The notes under the pieces are model-generated. The model was not told where the DNA came from. It worked only from the letters and a program-made list of their open reading frames with translations, and did no database searches. This document shows positions 1-12,907 of a stretch of DNA of 64,000 nt, one piece after another; position 1 is the first letter of the stretch; every line of letters begins with the position of its first letter. Both the position numbers and the translations under genes were made by a program. The DNA comes from Antedon mediterranea (Eukaryota; Animalia; Echinodermata), in NCBI RefSeq assembly GCF_964355755.1, contig NC_092672.1, positions 3,534,001 to 3,598,000 on the forward strand, written 5' to 3'.

Positions 1-2110
1 TGTTGGGTTCTGTTTGATAAAAAGCTAATTAACCACGGTACAATTTCAGGTCTACAACCAAGTGTTACTAATTTAGAAACTGCTATTGTGTGGTCAACAC
101 AATCGAATGCTTTACTAAAGTCAGTTAAAACTAACTGACCAACAGATTTGGGAATGTTACTACCTTCATAGAACACATTTAGTAGATCAACCAAATTATG
201 GGTTGTAGAAAAGTGTTTACGGCAACCATATTGGTTGTTATCAAGATTTTTCTCGATATCTGTTAAGAGCCATTTTTTAATGAAGCCCTCAGCTACCTTA
301 GCTAGGATACATGTAAGTGAGATTGGTCGAAATTTGTCAACCCTAGTACAACCATTTTCTTTGGGAACCGGAGTAACAATAGCATCCTTCCACATAGTTG
401 GGACATGACCCTCACTGAGGGAGGCATTTAAGATATTAGTCATAGGGATGCTTAGTTCACATGCAAAATCTCTTATTAATCTGTTAGGCACATTATCAGG
501 GCCCGGGGACTTATTTACTTTAACTTTTCTTAATTGATTGTACATTTCCCATTCTTTTACATTAGGGGGTTTATTAGCAGGTAAATACGTAGGGAGCTTA
601 CATAAATCAATACTAGGTCTGCTTTGGGAAGTTATAGCAAAATGGTTGTTTACAAAATTACTTATACCATGATAGTCATCCTGCGGAATATCCTCAACAC
701 TAATAAGTGGTTGGGGTTTAGTTTTATTAGCTAACATCTGCACGTCTTGGTGCCATTTATGGGGATTAGTGACTTTTAAGTTTAATAAACGTTCATTGTA
801 AAAGTTCATTTTGTCTTTCTTGATCACTTTTTGTACCTTATTCCTATAGAATTTCCATTCCAGTGATTTACCATGATTAGTAAAAGCGTGTTGACGTTTC
901 ATTATAAGATCCTTTGCTTGTTGTGAAATCCATGGCTTATCAGTTGGATGTATCTTAATGGATTTAACCGGGAAGAAAGTGTTCATAGCAGAAGTCAATG
1001 ACAAATAAAATGATTGCGTTTTCTGTTCAGTAGTACTCGCGTTAATAACCTCGTTCCAGTCATGGGTAGTTATCCAACGGCCAAATTCTTCAACACTTTT
1101 CGCTTTCATTGGTCTGATTACACGCTTTTCGATTTTGTTGCTATTCGTCCTTGTAGTTGCTGACAACAGAACACAATTATGATCGCTAGCACCCATCGGC
1201 GACACAATTCGGGGATCGCAATAATACTGCTTCAGATTGGTGGCTATAATATCTAGTATTGCATCCCCTCGCGTTGGTTCTTTCACAATTTGTTTTAGGT
1301 TATGTGCACGGCATAGCGGGGCTAGGTCAGTTCTGTTCAGGTCCCCCATAATAATGAAGCCAGCGTCTGGGTGTTTAAGTTTAAGACTGTCAAGAGATTT
1401 AATAATATGATCCAAAAGTAGTTGTTGGTCAGAAGAATTAGGTGGAATATATATTCCACAAACTATAATAGAGGATACAGCTCTAGGAAGCCTCTTCGGT
1501 CTTATAAAAACCCAAACACACTCTAGCTCTTCGGGTACAACTATTTCATGTATTCTTCGCGACAGAAATTCAGAATTAACATATACAGCCACTCCACCAC
1601 CCTTCCTATGCGTTCTATGATAGGTATAAATATTGAAGTTGTTAATCATCAGTGCATCATCTGTTATTTGCGGTGTTTGCCAAGTCTCTGTGACAACTGC
1701 TAAATCAATACAATTTTGAAGTAGAAGGGTTTCTAGTTCGTCCACACGGTAGATTAACGAACGCGGGTTAGTCAGGAAAATCGATGGGAGTGATGGCTGT
1801 AACATTGTATAGTTGACTTTACGAAGTGAATTAGGGAATAAACTACTTAGAAAACGCCCTCGCTTGTTGTCTATATAATCAGAAGCACGATAATAGTGGG
1901 AATTTTTCTACGTATATTTACACCACCTCTTCTACCTCTACTTTTACGATAGATGCCAAGATTATTCAGCTTAGTGAGGGTTCCCTTAGGTAGGTATTGC
2001 ACCTTATTACGACGTTTAATGAAGGCTGATCCAATATAAAATAGCTCATGTCTGGAATAACGAGTCATTTTGGCTTGCTCAGTGGCTTGTGTATCATTCC
2101 AAGATAAGAA
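1..2110 (-). mobile_element. Non-LTR retrotransposon (CR1 group: CR1/L2/Crack/Rex-Babar-like), APE endonuclease plus start of the RT domain; runs off the left window edge
   Basis: Minus-strand frame from ATG 1805 reads LPSIFLTNPRSL..VVTETW..GGGVAVYV..IMGDLN..PTRGDAILD..SDHNCV (APE motifs), then KSPGPD..PVPK..FRPISLT..QYG..LTDFSKAFDCVDH (RT N-terminal motifs). Upstream ORF 1871-2209 has the YSR..RGRRGG motif typical of CR1-group ORF2 N-termini. The ORF track lists no stop-terminated ORF in 1-1805, consistent with an open frame leaving the window. Confidence 0.9.
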
Positions 2111-5100
2111 ATAAACAATAAAACTATTGTTTAGTAAATTAATTATTGTAGGAATTGGTGGATTTTTAAATCTTTCGGTTCTCTGTTTGTATTGTTGATA
2201 TTTGATCATGACATTGTACGAAGAATACTACGGATAGTCAGTAAGATTATCACGCCTTACTTTTAGCAAAGGTAAATTAAAAAATTCTAACCCTTTGTTT
2301 TTCTTTTCAAGATGGATTATTGCTAATGCATAAAAGGTTATTCAATGTTTATTTTATTTTTTTACCGTAAAAGGTAAATTTACCATGATTTAATTTAATA
2401 AAACATAATTATCTATATCAAGGCATTCTCAATATACGAACATAGGTTGAAAACCAAATAACAATAAACATAAGTTTTACAGTTTTCCGTCACCTGTTAT
2501 TATATTGCATATTAATTATAATTAATATCATCAAACAAACCGTAACATTTTCAAAGAGCAAAACAATAAATACGTTCTGTGGCGGGCGGATAACCAAACT
2601 CGTCCCAAGTGACGAGTTTCAATCTAGATTGCTACAAAGTGGCAAATATAAAATGTTTTAGATCAATAGAATGGTCATTGCGAACTGGGATATAGATACA
2701 ACTTTACACGACTGCAATCTGCGCTAAAAAAGCTTGAACCTGAAGGAAAGCAATTGATTTTGAAGGATGAAAAAAAATAACATTCTCAAAACCATTCACA
2801 GAATGAATCGTGCCCTAAAATGTAAGTAGTCGCATATCAGGAAAAAAATAGTATACCATCTGTCCGTAATTGAATTTAAAAGCAGGTTTAGGAAATCTTA
2901 AAAAATGGAAAATGTAATGGTTTCATCAAAAGATAGTTTAAGTGGTATACGTCCAATGGATGGACGCTATCTATTGTATGAAGACGATGACCTCTCTCCG
3001 AGACCAGACTGTAAAGAAGATTTTTAAAATTACCGAACAAAGCATTCGGCCGTCATAAAGAAATGTGTCAAAATGGTTTATACGTCCAATGGATGGATGC
3101 CATCTACTGAATGATGATGACCTCTTCGAGACCAGATTGTAAAGATTATGGTTGAAATTACCGAACATAGCATTGGTATAAAAAACCAACAAAATGCCAT
3201 TCAAGCAGTTGAATTACGTCCATTTATTTAAAAAGTATAGATATATGTAATCTGCCTTGGGTATCAGAAAAGGCAAGAAATAGATACATTTTGAAACAAC
3301 ATTTTTATAATTGGTATTTAAGATTAGTAGAAGATAAGAGAAGGCTTCAATTTCAATTAGATTAACAATTAGACAAATAAATTTATGTTTCAAACTTTGT
3401 TTGTACAAGACGTTCATTGTTAAAGTTACATTTTTTAAGTTTCAAAATCTATGCAATTGTAAATGAACAGATTTGTTTTTAAATAAGAACATTGCAAACT
3501 ATTATATCTTTTAAGAGTTGTATTAAAGATATAAAAAAACAAAATGTCTTTCTCAGTGGCCTACTGTATCAATGGTTGAATATCCTTTTGATTATGCGAA
3601 AAAAAAAATTGGTAGTTTCTTTAATACAAAACTCGATAACACCCGCCTTAGACAGCGGTGAACTACTGAATTGGTTAATAATACCTTTAATCAAATCTAA
3701 TAATAATTTTAATTACTAATTTTTTACTCCAAGACACAACGCGGTGAACTGCTAAATTTTAAATGATGATGATGAGAATAGTTTCTCGAAACATGTCACA
3801 TTTTAAGGCAGTTTGCCTATTCATTAAATGAGTATATGCAGCATTTGATCTTAAATCCTCTTCAGTTTCACTTTTAAATAAATAATTAGCAATGTTTTAA
3901 TCAAAATATACTTTGAGATTTGTAATGAGAAACAAAATTCCACTACCTTTTCTAACATGCAACAGTGCATCAAAGTTCCTCAAAAATGTTTTTTATACTA
4001 AAGCTCCTTTTTGACAGTTTTCCAATCTGTTTGCTTTGTATTTAAATGTCCAAACTGAATCCAAATTTCCAATGTTCTTATTACTGTACACCATATATAC
4101 AGTCTTGAACAGCTCTTCTCAGGTTATAGTAAATTGGATTGCATAATGTTCAACATCAAAACCATGTTCTTGTTTACAGAAATAATTCACCAGGCAATTG
4201 CTCACAGGTCAAAATAGAAAATCATTCTATTTATTTTGTGTTGCTTGTATAATAATGTTCCTATTCTTTTCTCCCCCATTTTCCATTGTTTAATCTGAAT
4301 CAAAATGTTCTTTTTACAACATGTTCCATGTTATTTTTAACATTCCAAAACAAAACAGTTCCTCTTGCACAACAGTCAAGTAAGGCACAGCCTCTTCTCA
4401 TCAAAACATCAGAGAATAGTCAGCAATATCTTCTTGTTGACGAAATAAATTTCTTTTTGTGGACGTTAATTCTCGTATGTTGTAGTTAAGGTCACTGAAG
4501 TGTGCAGTATCTTGAAAATATCCAAGTTCATACAGTCAAATTAATGTCCGACTTATTGAACAGGAAAATAAGTTGCATTTTAAAGTCTACGATATTGATG
4601 AATTGTTTTCTGCTTGAGTTTGGTCCAAAAAAAAAATGATTTGGTAGTTTGATAAGCCTCTCTTTACAAATCTCTGTATTTGTATTGGAAACCTGCTAAT
4701 CGAGACACGATTCCAATAAAATGGTACATTTTATTGCTGACTATCTCATATTGCTTAATTTTATGGAACGCGATGAACTGCTGAAATTGTTCACAAATAC
4801 AGTAGCGTAGGTGGATTTTGATTATTTTGTTAATAATAAATTTAATTTGAAATTACAATTATTTTATTTACACAGTATTAGTAGCTGGCCTACAGTTTGT
4901 ACTGTAATATTAAGAAACAAAGTTTGAAACTTTATTGTCAATTGAAATAAATACAATAATGCATAAACGAGATGAAAGACTGAAGGCACTTGACTTGAGA
5001 AAGTTGTTGTAAGGTTGTCAATACAAAAAAATAGCTGACGAAGTAGGATAAAGATTGAAAATACTTTTAGACAGCACCAATATGGTGATAAGGGTACCAA

Positions 5101-5639
5101 TAATGATATAAGGGTGCAAATTAAAATAGATACAAATAATGCATCAACACAGTAAACAAGGATTTTGTTCAATAGTATCTATTTTCCGTTTTAATACAGA
5201 TTGATGGCAGAAGCCAACAGTTGCAATACTTTTGGGGTGTTTGACGAAGGACGATGACAAAGGTGGACGAAAGCTAAGACGTTCTAGATGCACCAGATAA
5301 ATATAAAAATGTAATTGTTAGAGGGCGTTATACAAGGGTAAGTAGGATAGTATATAATGATGATAATAGGGATAATAATTTAATAATAAAAAAGTATTAA
5401 TAGTAATGATAATGAAGATCAAATAATACTAATGTTTTGTCTGTCAATAATGTTCGTCAATATTGTAACCTGAATCATGAACTACTATAGAAAAAATGAC
5501 ACAGAAACTATGCGAAACAACTTGTGTGATTTAGTCTCACTGAATCGTCTCACTAGCAAGAAACTCGCACAATGTACAATGTGACACACCAACAATGTAA
5601 TGAATAATCACCTCATAATCTGAAACCGCTACAAATATA

Positions 5640-6231
5640 TCACAAATTCAATATAAACCATATCAATTTCTACTGTAGAAGCTATTGCATTAAGGGGTCT
5701 TTTGAAGGCCAATTATAGTCTAGGTAGAATACCCTAATGCATTCAGATAGATCGATCCCAGGTTGTTGAAGTTACCGATGAAACAGATATATCACTTTTC
5801 AATTATTACTTTCTTTTTTCAAACCTGTTGTAGATCTAAGTATCCCCACAACCATTGACCACACAGATAACGAAACCTGGACTATTATAAAATGGGATGG
5901 GAAGACCTCAGAAAAGGACACCCATATCCCACCCACAGATTTCCAGGGACAAAAACAATTTCTCTTAGAACATGGGGAAACCCTGAACGATCTTAGGCTA
6001 GATTCCATCCCCTCCAACACCAAAGAAGTAATGGTAAAACTTCGGTTACGACCGTTTTCGGGACGGGTGCCAATCCCTTTAAATGAGGTCGACTTTGAGA
6101 CTTGGCCTCAACTACTCCAACAACTTTTAAAGGATGATAGCTTATCACAGGCTGAACAAAAAGAGCATCTTAAGTCAAGGTCTCTTTCCTCCAGCACTTA
6201 TTATCCTCAAAAGAATGGAAGAAGGATATGA
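5640..6231 (+). pseudogene. Degenerate Ty3/gypsy gag fragment of the PNMA (paraneoplastic Ma antigen)-like type
   Basis: KLRLRPFSGRVPIPLNEVDFETW matches the LRxFSG..P..E..FE.W capsid motif of PNMA-like Gag. The frame is broken by stops and frameshifts, and no LTRs were seen. Confidence 0.55.
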
Positions 6232-7219
6232 CAAGGTATATGATTACCTGATCAATTGTATTTATCTAGAGGGATGTTCCAAAGATGAGAAAAGGAAGAT
6301 CATAAGGAAATGAAATTGCTTAAAAAATGAAACATACAATTGAAAAAAAGGAAATATTGTATTAAGAGCTCAAATCAAAAAATTAAAAAAACTAGTGTCT
6401 CTTTTAAATACTTTGTAATAATACTCCTTGTTGTGAATGATTAAGGCAAGACACTAGCCTAAATTAAGCCTTATACATTCCAACTGTTAGACGTATTCGC
6501 CGGCAGGATTGCCTGCCCTTTTCGATACATTAAAAACAATCTCATTTGCCAACTGATACGTAGCCCTAGACCAGTTTTATTTTAAAATGTATAGCTTTTA
6601 TTTTATATAGAAAAAATGTCCCCATTTACATAAAAGGGGGAATCCCGGATTTGTTGGTTTTAGCGGTAGCGCTTGCATGGCACGCGTGCAGCTCAATAGA
6701 GAGTAGAGGACTACGCCGCCGTTTCCGCAGCAAAAACAAAATATCAGTTAATTTTTCAACCAATAACATTTTATTGACAAATTGATCAAATATTTAGAAC
6801 AAATTAACCGTGCATTTCACCAATAAATGCATTAAATGTAGACGCATTCCGTCCGTGGTCACGATCGTCTGTTCCCCTCTCAATAATTATCAGCATTTTC
6901 AATCTTCATATTATGCATGGTATATAAAAATTGCCTTTATCCTTTCCTGCATTTTCAGGAATTCCTCTAATTACGATATTGTTACGTCTACTTCTATTTT
7001 CTAAGTCATCTATTTTTTGTTGCATTTTGCAGTAATCTTGTTTCCATAATGTGTTATCTAGTTTTACCTTGATTTCTTCTACTCTGTTTCCATATTATTA
7101 ACTTCCATTTCAAGATCTTAATAGCGCTATTATGATCAGTGTTATTTTCCTGAGCTCTGCCAGACCCTGATCATCTGTATCAAGTCGAGTATGTACACTT
7201 GATAGACTACCTTTAAATA

Positions 7220-8385
7220 GTAGTAAATAACTATCTATTAACATTATAGGGGGTGTAATATATTACGGACTGTCTATAATATTAGGTACCCCTGTGACAG
7301 ATGGCACCCCTTATAATATAACAGTAAATAACTATCTATTAACATTATAGTGGGTGTAATATATTACGGACTGTCTAGAATATTAGGTACCGTACCCCGT
7401 GACAGATGGCACCCCCTATAATATAACAGGATAATAACTATCTATTATAGGGGGTGCAATATATTATGGACTGTCTAGAATATTAGGTACTCCCGTGACA
7501 GATTGCATCCCCTATAATATAACAGTAAATAACTATCTATTATAGGGGGTGCAATATATTACGGACTGTCTAGAATATTAGGTACCCCCGTGACAGATTG
7601 CACCCCCTATAATATAACAGGATAATAACTATCTATTATAGGGGGTGCAATATATTACGGACTGTCTAGAATATTAGGTACCCCCGTGACAGATTGCACC
7701 TCTATAATATAACAGTAAATAATTATCTATTATAGGGGGTGCAATATATTACGGACTGTCTAGAATATTAGGTACCCCGTGACAGATTGCACCTCTATAA
7801 TATAACAGTAAATAATTATCTATTATAGGGGGTGCAATATATTACGGACTGTCTAGAATATTAGTTACTCCCGTGACAGATGGCACCCCCTATAATGTCA
7901 CAGGATAATAACTATATATTATAGGGAGTGCAATATATTACGGACTGTCTAGAATATTAGTTACTCCCGTGACAGATTGCACCCCCTATGATATAACAGG
8001 ATAATAACTATCTATTATAGGGGGTGCAATATTATTACGGACTGTCTAGAATATTAGGTACCCCGTGACGGATTGCACCCCCTATAATATAACAGTAAAT
8101 AACTATCTATTAGGGGGTGCAATATATTATGGACTGTTTAGAATATTAGGTACCCCGTGACAGATGGCACCCCCTATAATGTAACAGGATAATAATTATC
8201 TATTATAGGGGGTGCAATATATTATGGACTGTTTAGAGGTACCCCCGTGACAGATAGCACCCCCCATAATATAACAGGATAGTAACTATCTATTATAGGG
8301 GGTGCAATATATTATGGACTGTTTAGAGGTACCCCGTGACAGATTGCACCCCCTATAATATAACAGGATAATAACTATCTATTTT
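7220..8385. repeat. Minisatellite, ~95-101 bp unit, ~12 copies; each unit carries an internal inverted repeat
   Basis: TTA(C/T)GGACTGT recurs at 7263, 7364, 7464, 7559 and onward. Units contain ATTATAGGGGGTGCAAT and its reverse complement ATTGCACCCCCTATAAT. Confidence 0.95.
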
Positions 8386-10295
8386 GACCCATCTGGCATC
8401 TAGCATTTATGCTAGGCACAATTTTAGAAAATCTAGCATATTCTGGGAGTGTTGACAAAGTGCGAGGTATGCGAGGTACGCCAAATACTAATTGTGCGAG
8501 GCATCATTATATCATTTCGAAAAGTGCGAGGAATGCATAGCATATAGTTTACAATTTCAAAAAGGTGCGAGGCATATCTTAACGTGCTATTATGCTACAT
8601 TATAGGCCTAATAATCAATTATTCTCAATAGTCTAAATCTAATCTAAATAGATTCGTGTATGTTGTTTATTTTTTATGTAACGATTGTTTATTTTTGTCA
8701 TTCAAGTCATATCGTGTCAAATTTTACTTTTACAAAAGTGACCAAACTGTTCAAAAGTTGTGCATCCGTATGCGTCATATTTAAAAAATTTGAACAACTC
8801 TTCAACTTTCGATAAACCGTAATTGTTATAGCGACACTCATATAATGACTGCCATGCTTGTTGGCATTTCGAGCGTGTTCACTTTACAATTAATGTAACA
8901 TGTCTCTCGAACATAGCAGAGTGAAAATAATATATTGTCACACCCCCGCGCCTCGATCCGGTAGACCTAAGATGGAAAATCTCTCTTTGCTATTTAACAG
9001 GTAGCGGAACGATTCTGCCCTGAGAGGATTCGGCCTTGTGGCGATTCCCCTCCTATAGCACGTGGTTTCAGCAGCAACGCACATACTTCTCTCTGAGCGG
9101 CGTGCCAAAGATATTTTTGACATTTCATTCTCTAGAAAGTCAACACGTGTACCTCTCTCGCAAATAAAGTGAACAGCGATGGCCAAGACAAGTTCAATAA
9201 CTCATGGCGGTGAATAAAAGGTAGCCTACCGTAACTGATATGCCGGTCAAATAACATGCCGCAAAGAAAAAAATTGCAAGAGAATTCTGAAGCGCGTGTG
9301 AAAAAGACTTACGTCGGCCGACAATCGTAATACTAGGCCTAAAATTAAACTTTAGCTAATATGCTTAGCCCTAAACCTAGAGGCCTATGTAGAAAATAAT
9401 TTAATCAATTTTGATATAATAATAATTGATGTAATATTAATAATGATACACTATTCCTGTTTTAGTAGGCTAGGTATATTACGAATGATTTTTATTTATT
9501 GTTGTCCATGTACGTACTAATAAACCTGGCGCTAGTTTCCTTCGCTTATATTTTGACTCCAAATTTGATAACTTTATCGTGTGAATACCACACCTTACTG
9601 GCGTGTTTCTCGCACACTGTTCGCGAATTTCACTTATTCAATGTTCAATATTTTTCTTTCTATTGAGCACCAAAAAGAGCAACAATAATAGAGGACTCAT
9701 TGGAATGCGTCAATTTTTCATGTATTGGTGAAAAATTAATTTCAATATATTTTTTAATTTGTCAATAAAAATGCTGTAATATGTTACTGCTGATACGTTG
9801 TTCGGTTTTCAAAGAATAATAATCGATCCTAAATATTATCCTAGATCCTAGATATTATGATGAATTGATCTATTTTATTCTTTAAAAGGTTAATGAAATC
9901 GTGTACAGTATCAACAGTAACATTTTTCCTTAATGACAGTGACAAAATCTATTAAAATTAGGCCTATACGTGATTTTCAACAAATAATGCGTTAAATATA
10001 TGGATTCCACTCATTGAGTTAGCCCTCTAATTAATTTTGCACTTTGTTGGCGTTCTATAGAAACCAAAAAATTTAACGGATTTATTGTTACTTTTATGTG
10101 ATTTTTCTTCATTAAAGTAGGCCTACTAATTCTAAGGTGTGGTATTCAGGATAAAGTTGGTTAACAAATTTTGAGTTAAAATACAAGGCAGGTGCAAAAA
10201 GGAACTAGCGGGCCTAGGCTACTTCAATTTCGGTGATTTCCTGCCTCTCAATTTTGGGAAATTATAAAAATAATGATGCCTTGCATACTCTGATG

Positions 10296-12385
10296 GGGTA
10301 GTAACAAAGTGCGAGGCAGCGAGGCACGCGAGGCAGGGAAGGCATGCGAGGCAGGGAAGGCATGCGAGGCAAGTCAGAAATTTATGCGAGGCATCGTTTT
10401 ACCATCATCAAAAAATGCGAGGCATCATTTTATCATTTCTCAAAATTGCAAGGCAGGTTATCACCGAAATTGAAGTAGCCTAGGCCCGCTAGCTAGGCTA
10501 GTTTCCTTTTGCACCTGCCTTGTATTTTAACCAACTTTATCCTGAATACCACAACTTAGAATTAGTAGGCCTACTTTAATGAAGAAAAATCACATAAAAG
10601 TAACAATAAATCCATTAAATTGGTGATTTTACAGACGTTGTTTTTCTCGCATTTCGCACACTCAATGTTCAATATTTTGGTTTCTATGGAACGCCAAAAG
10701 AGCAAAATTAATTAGAGGGCTAAAAACTCTGTGGAATCCATTTATATTTAACGCATTATTTGGTGAAAATCAAGTACAATTTCAGTAGATTTTGTCACTG
10801 TCAGTAAGGAAAAATGTTACTGTTGATAATGTACACGGTTTCGTTAACCTTTTAAAGAATAAAATAGAAAAATTCATCATAATATCCTTAGTAGGATGTC
10901 CTAGGTCTAGACTAGGTAGTGATGTTGATTTAGGATCGATTATTATTCTTTGAAAACAGAACAGTATCAGCAGTAACATATTACAGCATTTTTATTGACA
11001 AATTAACAAATATATTGAAATAAAACGTGTTTTTCACCAATAAATGCATGACAAATTGACGCATCCCACTGAGTTTTAGTCCTCTATTATCGTTGCTCTT
11101 CTGGCGCTCCATAGAAACAAAAATATTGAACATTGAATAAGTGAAATTCGCGAACAGTGTGCGAGAAACACGCCTGTAAAATCATTAATTTAAGGATTTA
11201 TTTGTTACTTTTTATGTGATTCTTCCATTAAAGTACTCATGAGGTATACTTCTAAGGTGTGGTATTCACACGATAAAGTTAGTTATCAAATTTGGAGTAA
11301 AAATACAAGCGAAGGAAACTAGCCTAACCTAGGTTTATTAGTACGTACATGGACAACAATAAATAAAAATCGTTCGTAATATACATAGCTTACTAAAACA
11401 GGAATAGTGTATCATTATTAAATATTACACCAATTATTATTATATCAAAATTGATTAAATTATTTTCTACATAGGCCTCTTATCTAGGTTAGGGCTAAGC
11501 ATATTATTAGCTAAAGTTTAATTTTAGGCCTAGTATTACAATTGTCGGACGTAAGTCTTTTTTCACACGCGCTCCAGAATTCTGTCGCAATATTTTTCTT
11601 TGCGGCATGCTATTGGATCGCCATATCAGTTACCTTTTATTCACCGCCAGTTATTGAACTTGTCCTGGCAATCGCTGTTCACCTTATTTGCGAGAGAGGT
11701 ACACGTGTTGTTCCTAGAGAATGGAATGTCAAAAATGTCTTTGGCACGCCGCTTAGAGAGAAATCTGTGCGTTGCTGCTGAAACCACGTGCTATAGAAGG
11801 GGAATGCGCCACAATCCTCTGAGCTGAGGGCTGAATCATTCCGCTACCTGCTAAATAGTAAAGAGGGATTTTCCATCTCTCGGGTCTACCGGATCTAGGC
11901 GCAGGGGTGTGACAAAATATTATTATCACTCTGCTATGTTCGAGAGACATGTGAGTGAAACGCTCGAAATGCCAACAAACATTGCAGTCATTTGATGAGT
12001 GTGTCGCTATAACAATTATTGTTTATCGAAAGTTGAAGACTGTCGTTCAGATTTTTGAACCGTAGTTTGGGCACTTTTGTAAAAGTAAAATTTGACACGA
12101 TATATGACTTGAATGAAAAAACAATCGTTACATAAAAATAAACAACATGATGAGTGTATACACGAATCTATTTAGATACGCTTGTATCGATTGATTATTA
12201 GGCCTATAATATAGCATAATAGCACGTTAAGATATGCCTCGCACCTTTTTGAAATTGTAAACTATATGCCCCGCATGCCTCGCACTTTTGGAAATGATAA
12301 AATGATGCCTCGCACAAATATTTGGCATGCTACGCATGCCTCGCTTGCCTCGCGTGCCTCGCTGCCTCGCACTTTGTCAACACTC
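10296..12385 (-). mobile_element. Non-autonomous TIR DNA transposon (GRG termini, possibly Sola2-like) inserted in the opposite orientation
   Basis: Left end GGGTAGTAACAAAGTGCGAGGCAGCGAGGCACGCGAGGCA; reverse complement of the right end GAGTGTTGACAAAGTGCGAGGCAGCGAGGCACGCGAGGCA. Subterminal GCGAGGCA repeats are present. No clear TSD was found, so the superfamily is tentative. Confidence 0.7.
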
Positions 12386-12414
12386 TATTTGATGATGGTA
12401 AAACGATGCCTCAC

Positions 12415-12907
12415 TGTAACTGCAGCCTACTTATAGGAGGCCCTCTAAAGTTCAAATAGATAAAAAGTGATAAGAGAGAATAAGACATTTTTTATGACAT
12501 AAAGTTTAGAGATAATCATTGTTCAAAGTATCTTTACCATAGGCTCCAATAAGGCTACAAGGTATTTACACATGGTTATTCATGTGATTGTAATTATAAC
12601 TTATGACTTGTATTTTTAATTAGTTGAGTTTTACTTCATTGCTGAAAGCTAGCCCTCTAGGCTTTAGGGTATCATGTTCCCCAGCCCCATGAGTCAGACC
12701 TGTGCTTGTCTGCCTGTACGATGATGATATGATTAGGCCTACATTGTAATGCTAATCTTTGTTTTATTATAGTTTTCATGGTGTTTATTCAAGTTGCTAA
12801 TGATATTGTAATTTGTAGAGATACAAGAGATAGTTCAGAGAATAAATCAAGGAACATCAGTATCTACAAAATTTGTAATTTATTTATGATGGACGCCTAC
12901 GGTAACA
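12415..12907 (+). repeat. 5' LTR of the BEL/Pao element
   Basis: TGTAACTGCAGCC...GCCTACGGTAACA; direct repeat of 15930-16422; AATAAA at 12841. Confidence 0.95.

Noticed and set aside
2925-3180. Two-copy ~130-bp local duplication and ORF 2971-3204
   Set aside because: It is a short diverged tandem duplication with no recognisable coding or structural signal.
8938-11950. Similar short ORFs (AIAVH.ICERGTRV) on opposite strands
   Set aside because: They reflect the two inverted copies of the non-coding DNA element. Frames are not conserved between copies and no transposase motif is present.
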